Positions 28,995 through 39,358 of a DNA stretch of 64,000 nt are shown in pieces. A program made the position numbers and the translations under genes. The stretch's first letter is position 1; the number at the start of each line of letters is the position of its first letter. The stretch covers positions 32,001 through 96,000 of the forward strand of contig JBFMCP010000005.1 in assembly GCA_040754455.1 (NCBI GenBank), given 5' to 3'. The notes under the pieces were generated by a model, which was not told the origin of the DNA, did not search any database, and was given only the letters and a program-made list of their open reading frames with translations. Source of the DNA: Nitrospirota bacterium. GTDB taxonomy: Bacteria > Nitrospirota > Thermodesulfovibrionia > Thermodesulfovibrionales > Dissulfurispiraceae.

Positions 28995-29910
28995 TCTTTG
29001 TCCTCATCCGTTTTTTCGGCTCTTTTGTTTCAGGGCGCCCTACTTTCATTTTCGTGAGCACCGGTTCAGCGGAAACAATCTCTTTTCCGATGCCGAGGAC
29101 AAGCGGGTCAAGCCCGAAGGCCAGTCCCATGAGCTGGGTAAAGAAGAGGACAGGGATGTTGAAATGAGTATTAAAATGCTTATTCACATCATCCTGGTAG
29201 GCGTCGAGATTGATCTGGCATACCGGACAGAGGACCGCAATGGCGTCCGCTCCGCTCTTCTGAGCGCTCTTCAGTATCCTGCGCAGGAGCTCGTAGGCGG
29301 TGATCGCTTTTATATGGGGCATATGTCCGCCGCAGCAGTTCGATTTCATCGAGAATTCGGCCACTGTTGCGCCGAGTGCAGTGAGGATTCTATCCATAGA
29401 GGTCGGATGCTCGGGATGGTCGAACCCGTCACCCGGCCTCGTCAGCATACATCCGTAGAACGGGGCGATGCGCAGATTGCTGAGAGAGGTAGTCACTTTG
29501 GTGAAGAGTGCATCCACTCCCACATCGTTGAGAAAGATGTCGAGGAAATGGCGAATCCTGAGCACGCCAGGATTGTAGTGAAGTCCGCCTTCAGCAAGGG
29601 CGTCATTGACCGCCTCATTGATGTCAGGATGCTCATGCATCACCTTATCGGTCCTCCGCAGATTCGAAAAACAGAGGCTACAGGAGGTAATCACCTGGCT
29701 ATGCCCCTGAGGGACCAGAGCCAGGTTGCGCGCCGAGAGCGCGTAGTGGGCAAGACGGTTGATCGAGAGATACTCCGTAGCACCGCAGCAGTTCCAGTCG
29801 GGGATGTCGGTCAGCTCGATATTGAACAGCTCCATCACCGCTCTGGCCGACTGCGTGTAGGCTGCAGCCATGTGCTCTGAGGAGCAGCAGGGGAAAAGGG
29901 CGTATCTCAC
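28987..29910 (-). CDS. hdrB: Heterodisulfide reductase subunit B (CCG domains)
   Basis: DWNCCGA, SCSLCFSNL, FYGCMLTRP, NCCGGH and CPVCQINLD motifs. Confidence 0.93.
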   Translation of the reverse strand: MRYALFPCCSSEHMAAAYTQSARAVMELFNIELTDIPDWNCCGATEYLSINRLAHYALSARNLALVPQGHSQVITSCSLCFSNLRRTDKVMHEHPDINEAVNDALAEGGLHYNPGVLRIRHFLDIFLNDVGVDALFTKVTTSLSNLRIAPFYGCMLTRPGDGFDHPEHPTSMDRILTALGATVAEFSMKSNCCGGHMPHIKAITAYELLRRILKSAQKSGADAIAVLCPVCQINLDAYQDDVNKHFNTHFNIPVLFFTQLMGLAFGLDPLVLGIGKEIVSAEPVLTKMKVGRPETKEPKKRMRTKNE

Positions 29911-30836
29911 GGTTTTCTTTCTCTCTCTTTAGCCTTGTTCACAATACGTCGCAGTTGCTCAATACCCTCGATCTTCGAGGGACCCAGGACGATCCGCTCC
30001 TTTTTGTAGAGTTTCAGTGCCAGCGAACCCCAGGAATGCCGGTCGGCGGGATTATGGTCCAGACGGTAGCGCATGGCGAGACCGAAATCGAAGCTGCGGC
30101 CGTACTTCTCGATGAGATTGATAAATGTCTTCGAGAAGTCATAGGCATCGGTGATCTTGACAATCCCCTCGCGCACTGCCATTTGCTTGAGGGTGTACAT
30201 GATATCGGTGATTGGGATCTGCTGGGGACATCGCACGGTGCAGTAATAGCAGGAGACGCAGAACCATGGAGTATTGCTCAAAAGGACCTCCTGCTTCAGC
30301 CCGGCCAGCAGCATGGCAAAGAGGTGGCGCGGCGTGTAATCCATGTCTTCGGCAGAAGGGCACGAGCCGCCGCATGTTCCACATTGCAGGCACCTCGTGA
30401 GCGTGCTCCCCTCCGGCGTTTCAGCCATAACCGCCTCCAGAAAGCTGCGGCCCTCTGTGGTTTCCCTATCCATCGCAATCCGCAGCCGTTCGCTTTTTTT
30501 CCTGAAGGGATTGTCGATCTGGTCAGCCCCGCTGACGAGCCGCTCTTTCTCGGCAGACACATCTTCCTGGTACATCTGAAAGGTCTCTTTTATTTCAACG
30601 AGATTGAACCCCTTGCTCTTGAGCGCGAAGATCCACTTTATTGTCTCGATAACGCTCTGGGGATAGAAGAATTTGACGCCGCCCGTACCCTGCCCTTTTC
30701 TGATCCCCTTGGGAAGCAGGCCCGACTGCACATAAAATTGGAAAGTCCTCTTGGTGAGCTTGTACCCCTCATCAGAGAGCAGTCTGATAATCTCGTCGAG
30801 CGTATAAAAAGGGATGGCATCCAAAGATGTTTCCAT
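29907..30836 (-). CDS. hdrC: Fusion of a MerR-type HTH DNA-binding domain and heterodisulfide reductase subunit C
   Basis: N-terminal YTLDEI...LTKRTFQFYVQSGLLPKG...FFYP...IKWIFALKSKGFNLVEIK (MerR pattern); C-terminal CLQCGTCGGSCP...DYTPR...WFCVSCYYCTVRCPQ (HdrC); one uninterrupted ORF. Confidence 0.88.
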   Translation of the reverse strand: METSLDAIPFYTLDEIIRLLSDEGYKLTKRTFQFYVQSGLLPKGIRKGQGTGGVKFFYPQSVIETIKWIFALKSKGFNLVEIKETFQMYQEDVSAEKERLVSGADQIDNPFRKKSERLRIAMDRETTEGRSFLEAVMAETPEGSTLTRCLQCGTCGGSCPSAEDMDYTPRHLFAMLLAGLKQEVLLSNTPWFCVSCYYCTVRCPQQIPITDIMYTLKQMAVREGIVKITDAYDFSKTFINLIEKYGRSFDFGLAMRYRLDHNPADRHSWGSLALKLYKKERIVLGPSKIEGIEQLRRIVNKAKERERKP

Positions 30837-30841
30837 CACTA

Positions 30842-30872
30842 TATATATACTGTTAGTAACAGCATCTGTCAA
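30842..30872 (-). promoter_or_regulatory. Promoter with a dyad operator in the -35/-10 spacer
   Basis: TTGACA (30872-30867); ATGCTGTTA-C-TAACAGTAT dyad at 30847-30865; TATATA at 17- or 19-bp spacing. Confidence 0.65.
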
Positions 30873-30937
30873 GGAAAAAACACCATGGCGTGTAAAAAAG
30901 TAATATGACTTGCTGATTCAACATATTTTTTCGATAG

Positions 30938-30966
30938 TTGACAATATCATAGGGTATGCGTAAACT
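30938..30966 (+). promoter_or_regulatory. Sigma70 promoter of argS
   Basis: TTGACA, 17 bp, TAAACT; ends 8 nt before the ATG. Confidence 0.65.
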
Positions 30967-30974
30967 TAAAAGTT

Positions 30975-32594
30975 ATGGAAAAAACTTTAAGAGAAATTCT
31001 CACGAAGATCGGGTATGCCGAGGTCGAAATCGAGGTACCGAAAGAGGAATCCTTCGGCGACCTGTCGACGCCCCTGCCGATGAGCCTCACCAAAGTCCTC
31101 AAAAAAGCGCCGCGAAAAATCGCCGAAGAGCTCGTTGCCAAAATCGAAGGCAGTGATATATTCGAAAGGGTCGAAATTGCCGGCCCGGGGTTTATCAACT
31201 TCACGTTCAAGAGATCATTTATTTTTAACGAGCTGAGAAGGCTCATTGCCGAACAGGAGGCCTTCTTGAAAGAGGATGTCGGCAGGGGCAGACGGATACA
31301 GATCGAATTCGTGAGCGCCAATCCCACCGGCCCTATGCATCTGGGCCATGGAAGGGGCGCAGCACTCGGAGCAGCGCTTTCCAACCTCCTTCAGGAGGCC
31401 GGCTTCAGTGTTGAGAAGGAATTCTATATCAACGATGCAGGACGCCAGGTCAGGCTGCTGGGACTTTCGGTCTTTGCAAAATACAAACATCTTTACGGCA
31501 TGAACTATTACGCCTTTCCCGAGGACGGCTACCGTGGAGCATACGTGGAAGACCTCGCACGGGAACTGCATGAAGCGTACGGCTCAAGCTTTGCGGACAA
31601 GGAGTTTGAGGAAGTAGCACCGACAGTGATCGATTTCGCCTATCAGAAGATGCTCGCAGTGATAAAAAAAGACCTCGAAGACTTCGGCGTCATCTTCGAT
31701 ACGTGGCAGAGCGAGAGAGAGCTTTATGCCAACGACGAGGTCAACAAGGCAATCGCCGATCTCAGAGAGCGCGGTTACATTTACGAAGAAGAAGGCGCCA
31801 CATGGTTCAGATCAACCGCCTTCGGCGATGACAAAGACAGAGTCATCATAAAGAAAGACGGCGAATACACCTATTTTGCGCCTGACATCGCTTACCATAG
31901 AAAGAAAATCCAAAAAGGTTTTGACGAGCTCATCGATATCTGGGGGGCCGACCACCACGGCTACATCCCGCGCATGCAGGCGGTCATACAGGCATTGGGC
32001 TACCCGAAAGAGAGCCTGCGCATAATCCTCGTACAAATGGTCGCGCTCCTGAAAGGCGGTCAGCCGGTGCAGATGTCGAAGCGCGCCGGTGAATTCATCA
32101 CCTTGCGAGAGGTCATCGATGATATCGGAGCGGATACGACCAAGTTCCTCTTCCTGACGCGGAGATCGGACAGCCACCTCGAAGTGGATATCGAAGTCGC
32201 AAAGGCACAGTCGTCGGAGAACCCGGTCTACTATGTCCAGTACGCCCACGCACGTATCAACAGCATTTATGAGAAGGCGAAACAGGAATCAGTAGCACTC
32301 GATTTCACCGATTTCAATGGCGAGGTCTTCAATGATGAGGAAGTGCGCATCATTAAAAAGCTGCTGCTCTATCCGCTGATGTTCAGAAGCGCCGCGCTGG
32401 CGCATGAGCCGCACCGTATCACCTTTTACTTACAGGAACTGGCAGGCATGTTCCATCCCTATTACCACAAATACAAAGTCGTTTCCGAAGATGCGGAACT
32501 CACCAGGGCGCGCCTCGCCCTCTGCGAAGCAGTTCGGATCGTCCTGAAACACGGCCTGAAAATCCTCGGCGTCAAAGCGCCAGAGAAGATGTAA
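30975..32594 (+). CDS. argS: Arginyl-tRNA synthetase
   Basis: EFVSANPTGPMHLGHGRG, WGADHHGY, MSKRAGE, YYVQYAHAR and APEKM. Confidence 0.97.
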   Translation: MEKTLREILTKIGYAEVEIEVPKEESFGDLSTPLPMSLTKVLKKAPRKIAEELVAKIEGSDIFERVEIAGPGFINFTFKRSFIFNELRRLIAEQEAFLKEDVGRGRRIQIEFVSANPTGPMHLGHGRGAALGAALSNLLQEAGFSVEKEFYINDAGRQVRLLGLSVFAKYKHLYGMNYYAFPEDGYRGAYVEDLARELHEAYGSSFADKEFEEVAPTVIDFAYQKMLAVIKKDLEDFGVIFDTWQSERELYANDEVNKAIADLRERGYIYEEEGATWFRSTAFGDDKDRVIIKKDGEYTYFAPDIAYHRKKIQKGFDELIDIWGADHHGYIPRMQAVIQALGYPKESLRIILVQMVALLKGGQPVQMSKRAGEFITLREVIDDIGADTTKFLFLTRRSDSHLEVDIEVAKAQSSENPVYYVQYAHARINSIYEKAKQESVALDFTDFNGEVFNDEEVRIIKKLLLYPLMFRSAALAHEPHRITFYLQELAGMFHPYYHKYKVVSEDAELTRARLALCEAVRIVLKHGLKILGVKAPEKM

Positions 32595-32623
32595 GTCGGT
32601 CGTTAATAAGGGACGGAAAAAAG

Positions 32624-32822
32624 CTACCCGACAGCCACACGATCTCTGCCTTCTGCTTTTGCACGCGTGAGGACTTCATCAGCAGTGAGCAGCGGCGTTT
32701 TGCTGGTTTCTCCGTGTTTCGGGAACACCGCGATCCCCATCGTGACGGAGATCGGATCAAGGATCTCGCCGCGGTACCGAACGGGCATCTCTTTACCCCC
32801 CTTTTGAGCTGTTTGGCCCGCC
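32624..32822 (-). pseudogene. Remnant of the C-terminal part of a GGDEF domain
   Basis: RAKQLKRGV, frameshift, then KEMPVRYRGEILDPISVTMGIAVFPKHGETSKTPLLTADEVLTRAKAEGRDRVAVG-stop; matches the post-GGDEF strands and helix; no GGDEF motif remains. Confidence 0.7.
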
Positions 32823-32828
32823 GGAATG

Positions 32829-33671
32829 CTAAAATATCCCCCGTTTCACGGCATCGGCAACTTTTGCCACTCTCACCATCTCCTTCACATCATGGACCCT
32901 GACAATGTGCGCGCCGTTGAAGATGGAGATCGCCACAGCTGCGGCGGTGCCTTCGAGCCGCTCGGTGGCGGGGACATCGCCGAGGATCTTGCCAATAAAG
33001 GCCTTCCGCGAGACACCCATGACGATCGGCTTGCCGAGCTGCGTGAATTCCCTAAGATTGCAGATGATCTCCAGATTGTGTTGAAAGGTCTTGCCGAAAC
33101 CGATGCCGGGATCGATGAGAATCTTGTCCTCAGCGATGTTGTGCTCGCGGGCGATCTGGATGCTGCCCCGCAGGTAATCCATGACTTCGGGAATGAGCGC
33201 TTCATAAACAGGGTTCTGCTGCATGCTCTTCGGTGTGCCCTTGATGTGCATGACCACCACTGGTACGCCGTATGCGGCAGCGACCTTGGGCATCTCGGGA
33301 TCGAATCGCAGTCCGCTGATATCGTTCACCATCGAAGCGCCTGCATCGAGGGCACGCCGTGCAACCTCTGCCTTGTAGGTATCGATGGAGATAGGAACAT
33401 TTATCTCTTTTGCAATGGCCTGTATGACGGGAATGGTGCGATTGATCTCTTCTTCCAGGGGCACGGGGTCGGACCCCGGCCTTGTCGATTCACCCCCGAT
33501 ATCGAGGATATCGGCGCCGTCCTGGATGAGCTTATAGGCATGTTCGACCGCCTTTTCCCTGTCGAAAAAGAGCCCGCCATCGGAAAAGGAATCGGGGGTG
33601 ATGTTGAGCACCCCCATGATGTAGGTTCGGTTGCTGAAATCCAGCGCAAACTTCGACCACGCGATCTTCAT
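32829..33671 (-). CDS. folP: Dihydropteroate synthase
   Basis: MGVLNITPDSFSDGG, DIGGESTRPG, DPGIGFGK, SRK and RVHDV. Confidence 0.97.
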   Translation of the reverse strand: MKIAWSKFALDFSNRTYIMGVLNITPDSFSDGGLFFDREKAVEHAYKLIQDGADILDIGGESTRPGSDPVPLEEEINRTIPVIQAIAKEINVPISIDTYKAEVARRALDAGASMVNDISGLRFDPEMPKVAAAYGVPVVVMHIKGTPKSMQQNPVYEALIPEVMDYLRGSIQIAREHNIAEDKILIDPGIGFGKTFQHNLEIICNLREFTQLGKPIVMGVSRKAFIGKILGDVPATERLEGTAAAVAISIFNGAHIVRVHDVKEMVRVAKVADAVKRGIF

Positions 33672-33731
33672 AGCTCAAAAATAAAGGCCGAGACCTTATC
33701 GATCTCAGCCTTATCCTTAATCCTAAGGTTT

Positions 33732-35564
<1,833 letters not shown>

Positions 35565-35612
35565 AGTACCACCTGCTATTTTTTCAAAACATTTTTCTTT
35601 ATTCTACCACAT

Positions 35613-36338
35613 TTATTTCAAACTATCCCGCTGGAGTTCGACCAGCTCTGCTATACCCTTTTCCGCAAGGGAGAGCATGGAATCCAGCAACGACCTCGAA
35701 AAAGCCTCTGATTCGGCAGTTCCTTGAATTTCAACAATTTTGCCGCTTCCGGTCATTACCACATTCATATCGACCTCTGCGGAAGAATCTTCAATATAAC
35801 AGAGATCAAGGCGCGGCTCTCCGCTCACCATGCCGACGCTCACCGCTGCAAGATAATCTTTAATAGGGTTCTTCTCGATCACCTTGCTTCTCATCGCCCT
35901 TTCTATTGCATCACTAAAGGCGATGAATGCGCCGGTTATGGAAGCAGTCCGCGTACCGCCGTCCGCCTGGATAACGTCGCAATCGAGCCAGACGGTCCGT
36001 TCGCCGAGGAGCTCGAGGTCGACAATTGCCCGCAGGGACCTTCCGATCAGGCGCTGGATCTCCTGGGTCCTCCCTCCCACCCGCCCGGTAGAAGCCTCTC
36101 TGGTCATCCTGTTCTGGGTGGAGCGGGGAAGCATACCGTATTCCGCGGTCACCCACCCCCGTTTTTGATCCCTGAGGAAAGGAGGCACTCTATCCTCAAT
36201 GGATGCGGTGCAGATAACCCTCGTATTGCCGAAGGTGATAAGCACCGACCCTTCGGCCGATGAAATAAAGTTCCTCACCACCGTCACTTTTCTCAATTCA
36301 TCATTTTTTCTTCCATCCGGCCTCATCCATTCCTCCAT
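35613..36338 (-). CDS. rph: Ribonuclease PH
   Basis: [30 protein letters not shown] and [13 protein letters not shown]. Confidence 0.97.
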   Translation of the reverse strand: MEEWMRPDGRKNDELRKVTVVRNFISSAEGSVLITFGNTRVICTASIEDRVPPFLRDQKRGWVTAEYGMLPRSTQNRMTREASTGRVGGRTQEIQRLIGRSLRAIVDLELLGERTVWLDCDVIQADGGTRTASITGAFIAFSDAIERAMRSKVIEKNPIKDYLAAVSVGMVSGEPRLDLCYIEDSSAEVDMNVVMTGSGKIVEIQGTAESEAFSRSLLDSMLSLAEKGIAELVELQRDSLK

Positions 36339-36344
36339 TTAAGG

Positions 36345-36466
36345 GCAAATTCTAAATCCTAAACACGAAACTCTAAACAAATCCAAAATTCTAAACAGAA
36401 ATACCTATATTTTGGGTTTTGAGCATTCAAATTTATTTAGAATTTCGAAATTCGAATTTAGGATTT
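36345..36466. repeat. Heptamer hairpin cassette (same family as 10840-10955)
   Basis: aaattctaaatcctaaacacgaaactctaaacaaatccaaaattctaaac ... ttttgagcattcaaatttatttagaatttcgaaattcgaatttaggattt. Confidence 0.8.
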
Positions 36467-37268
36467 ACAGTTGTATCCTTTCTATATCCTCAATCTTTTT
36501 CTGCAGGAACCGCTCGCCGACGGCAATGAATTTTTCAGGAGTGTCGGTGACAAAAAACTTTTTACGTTCCGGCTGTCCATTCCCGCTCATCAGGCCCATC
36601 TCCGCGAGCATCTGCTGCACCACCAGGGCCGTCTCGACCGCCGAATCGATAAGACTGACATCGCCCATCGCCTCCTGAATGACGCCCTTCAGGAGCGGAT
36701 AGTGGGTACAGCCGAGGACAAGGGTATCAACGCCCTTCTCTCTCATATCCTTTAAATACCGCTCCACCACCATTTGTGCGATGGCCCCCTCTGTCCACCC
36801 CTCCTCGACCAGCGGTACGAGGAGGGGACAGGCCAGACCGAACACTTCGATGGCAGGGTCCAGCGCCTTGATCGCTTTAACATAAGCGCTGCTCCTGATG
36901 GTCGTCTCTGTCCCGATGATTCCTATCTTCCCGCTCTTTGTTGCCCGTACCGCAGCGCGTGCACCGGGCTCGATAACGCCGACAACCGGGATCGCTACCC
37001 GCTCCCGTATCTTCACAAGGCTGATGGCAGAGACCGTGTTACAGGCCACCACCAGAAACTTTATATGCTGCTTCAGCAGAAACTCTGTACATTCAAAGGA
37101 ATAGCGCGTCACTGTTTCGGGCGACCGTATGCCGTAGGGGACTCTCGCCGTATCACCGAGGTAAAAAATGCTTTCGCCCGGCAATATCCTGGTCACCTCC
37201 TTGAGAACGGTCAGTCCTCCGATTCCTGAATCAAAAATACCTATAGGGTTTCCGTTGTTATTGTTCAT
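36465..37268 (-). CDS. murI: Glutamate racemase
   Basis: FDSGIGGLTV, VVACNT and LGCTHYP. Confidence 0.97.
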   Translation of the reverse strand: MNNNNGNPIGIFDSGIGGLTVLKEVTRILPGESIFYLGDTARVPYGIRSPETVTRYSFECTEFLLKQHIKFLVVACNTVSAISLVKIRERVAIPVVGVIEPGARAAVRATKSGKIGIIGTETTIRSSAYVKAIKALDPAIEVFGLACPLLVPLVEEGWTEGAIAQMVVERYLKDMREKGVDTLVLGCTHYPLLKGVIQEAMGDVSLIDSAVETALVVQQMLAEMGLMSGNGQPERKKFFVTDTPEKFIAVGERFLQKKIEDIERIQL

Positions 37269-37295
37269 TAACCTTGTGCAAGGATGCGCGCGCTG

Positions 37296-37892
37296 TCAGT
37301 TCAGCTGAACGGTATCGACTGTCGAGGGCTGATGCTCTTCCTTGATGACGTCGCGGAGCGGATAGAGCAGGGTAAAGTGCCCGCCCAGACTCTCCACTTC
37401 TTTCCCCTCTATGAGCACTTTAACATCCTCTACGCCGACGATATTCGTCATTACCGTTTCGTAAAGAGAGCTGAGGAGTGCGTACTCCTGTCGTACATCG
37501 CCTGAAAAGCCTTTCCTGAATTCATCCGACAGGTCTATATAAAGGATATTCCTTTTGTCCCTGTAAACGCCGAGCAGTTTTGTGTCTTTGATATCCTGCT
37601 CCAGTCCCTTCAAGTACTCAATTATAACATGCTCGGTCATTTTCACCAGCACCGGACTGTTGGGAACCTTTCGCTCCACCCCTCCCTCCGAGGGATAGAA
37701 TATCTTCACCGCTACCGTATCCTCGCTGTTACCGAACATTTCGGGGTTCTTCGGCAGTTCTCCCTTCAGCTCGATCAGCGGCTGCATGAGAGGATCGTCC
37801 TGAAAGAGATACACACGTGTCGCCCACCAGCCGGCTGCTCCGGCGAGGATGAGAACGGCAATCGCTATCGCTATGGACTTCTTTTCGATCAT
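37296..37892 (-). CDS. GerMN domain-containing membrane-anchored protein
   Basis: N-terminal TM; LYIDLS.EF...VKVLIEGKEVESLGGH pattern; amidase-GerMN-murI order. Confidence 0.75.
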   Translation of the reverse strand: MIEKKSIAIAIAVLILAGAAGWWATRVYLFQDDPLMQPLIELKGELPKNPEMFGNSEDTVAVKIFYPSEGGVERKVPNSPVLVKMTEHVIIEYLKGLEQDIKDTKLLGVYRDKRNILYIDLSDEFRKGFSGDVRQEYALLSSLYETVMTNIVGVEDVKVLIEGKEVESLGGHFTLLYPLRDVIKEEHQPSTVDTVQLN

Positions 37893-37901
37893 TCGGCGGG
37901 C

Positions 37902-39101
37902 CTACATTTTATAATCAGATTCGCCTGCAGAAGATGCTATCCCCCTCAGCAGCGCCTGTATCAATCTTTCTTTGTTCTTTCCTTCATAGCTGAACTTTTC
38001 AGGGCTCGGCAGCTCTATCAGAAGGGCAGGGCCCCCGATCTGGGTAAGAACGCGTATCGGCAGCCTTTCGTACCGCGCTTCTGTCTTGAATTCATTTCTC
38101 ACCTGGCGGGCAATAGCACTGGCAAACACAGCGTTCATGTCCTTTGCTTCTGTTCCCGCTCCCTCATTCGGAGCACTCGCAGCGGGACGCACCGCCTTTT
38201 TCGTAGCACTGTAAATGATAAAGGCATTTTGAGAAGAGAGATGGAAGCTCAGAAAAATATCGGGTGACTTCTGGTTGGCAATCCTGGCCCTCTCCTTTAA
38301 TGACAGGGCCTGGTCGGCCTTCCTGGTAAGGAATACCCTCTTCCCTTTTTTGCTCAATACGGTCGCCACATCTTTGGCAAAAGAGAGAGCGATATCCTTT
38401 TCCGTCACCTTGCCGTATTGTATTCCGGTGTCAGAGCCACCGTGACCGGCATCGAGCACAAAGGATGAAAAAGGGATATCAACCGGCTCGGGTGGAGGCT
38501 GGACCGCACCACTCTCCTTTGAGGAGGAGTGCTCTTGGGGCGGCGCGCTCCCCTGCTGTTCCTTGGCAGGGGGGGCAGAAACAGCAATAAGAGAGGCATC
38601 GATGACAAGCCGTGGGGGTGCCGTGAGCTTTGAAACATTGATGTCATCAAGATTATTGACGGTAATCAGGCATTTGCTTTCGTTTACCGCAATGGTCACG
38701 CCCTTCTCGACCTCATAAGACTTTCCTTTCCCCGCGGCCTTTTCAAACGTGAGAGCACCCTTCGAGGGACCCTTGAGCGCAACCTTGAAGATGAGCGGCG
38801 ACGGGAAATCGACTTTTATCGTAGCGCCCCCGACGATCATTACTGAGGCCTTTTGCACAAGACTCTCCGGTGCTTCGAGAACAATCCTCACAAAAGCCGG
38901 ATGTTTACCGACCCGAATCGTGGCGGCAGGTACCTGTCCGTTTTTTGCAGGTCTCTTCAGATCGACTGCAGAAGACTGAGGCACGATCGTGAGCAGGGTG
39001 AGAATAAGGCCGCTGAGCAGCAGGAGCGAGGCCGACCGTCTGCTCTTTCTTATGAAAGCAGTGTCACTAGTAATCACAATAAAAAAGAATACTCGATACA
39101 A
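37902..39101 (-). CDS. N-acetylmuramoyl-L-alanine amidase (Amidase_3) with AMIN-like N-terminal region
   Basis: LDAGHGG, TEKD, LTR, LSFH and LLIEL (zinc and catalytic residues); start uncertain. Confidence 0.85.
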   Translation of the reverse strand: MYRVFFFIVITSDTAFIRKSRRSASLLLLSGLILTLLTIVPQSSAVDLKRPAKNGQVPAATIRVGKHPAFVRIVLEAPESLVQKASVMIVGGATIKVDFPSPLIFKVALKGPSKGALTFEKAAGKGKSYEVEKGVTIAVNESKCLITVNNLDDINVSKLTAPPRLVIDASLIAVSAPPAKEQQGSAPPQEHSSSKESGAVQPPPEPVDIPFSSFVLDAGHGGSDTGIQYGKVTEKDIALSFAKDVATVLSKKGKRVFLTRKADQALSLKERARIANQKSPDIFLSFHLSSQNAFIIYSATKKAVRPAASAPNEGAGTEAKDMNAVFASAIARQVRNEFKTEARYERLPIRVLTQIGGPALLIELPSPEKFSYEGKNKERLIQALLRGIASSAGESDYKM

Positions 39102-39358
39102 TAAGGAAGATTCAAGTCATGCATCCCGGACACTAATTCCCGGCTACTCCACATTTCATTGAGATTGCCACGCTTCGCTTCTTAATGAGCGAGACAGTCT
39201 GTCATTGCAAACGGAGTGAAGAAACCCGACTTTTTCCATCGGGAGTTGCTGCCCCATCCGGACCGTGCTTTTGTTGCTGCTTGAAAAACCTGCCGTGCGT
39301 ACCGTACAATTTATTGTTATTGAGATCAAATTGCAGTTAAAATAAAAAGGAGCATCCT

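Noticed and set aside
39160..39226. Decayed REP-like sequence (gagattgccacgcttcgct...gtcattgc)
   Set aside because: It is a single degenerate copy in the window, which is too little to call.
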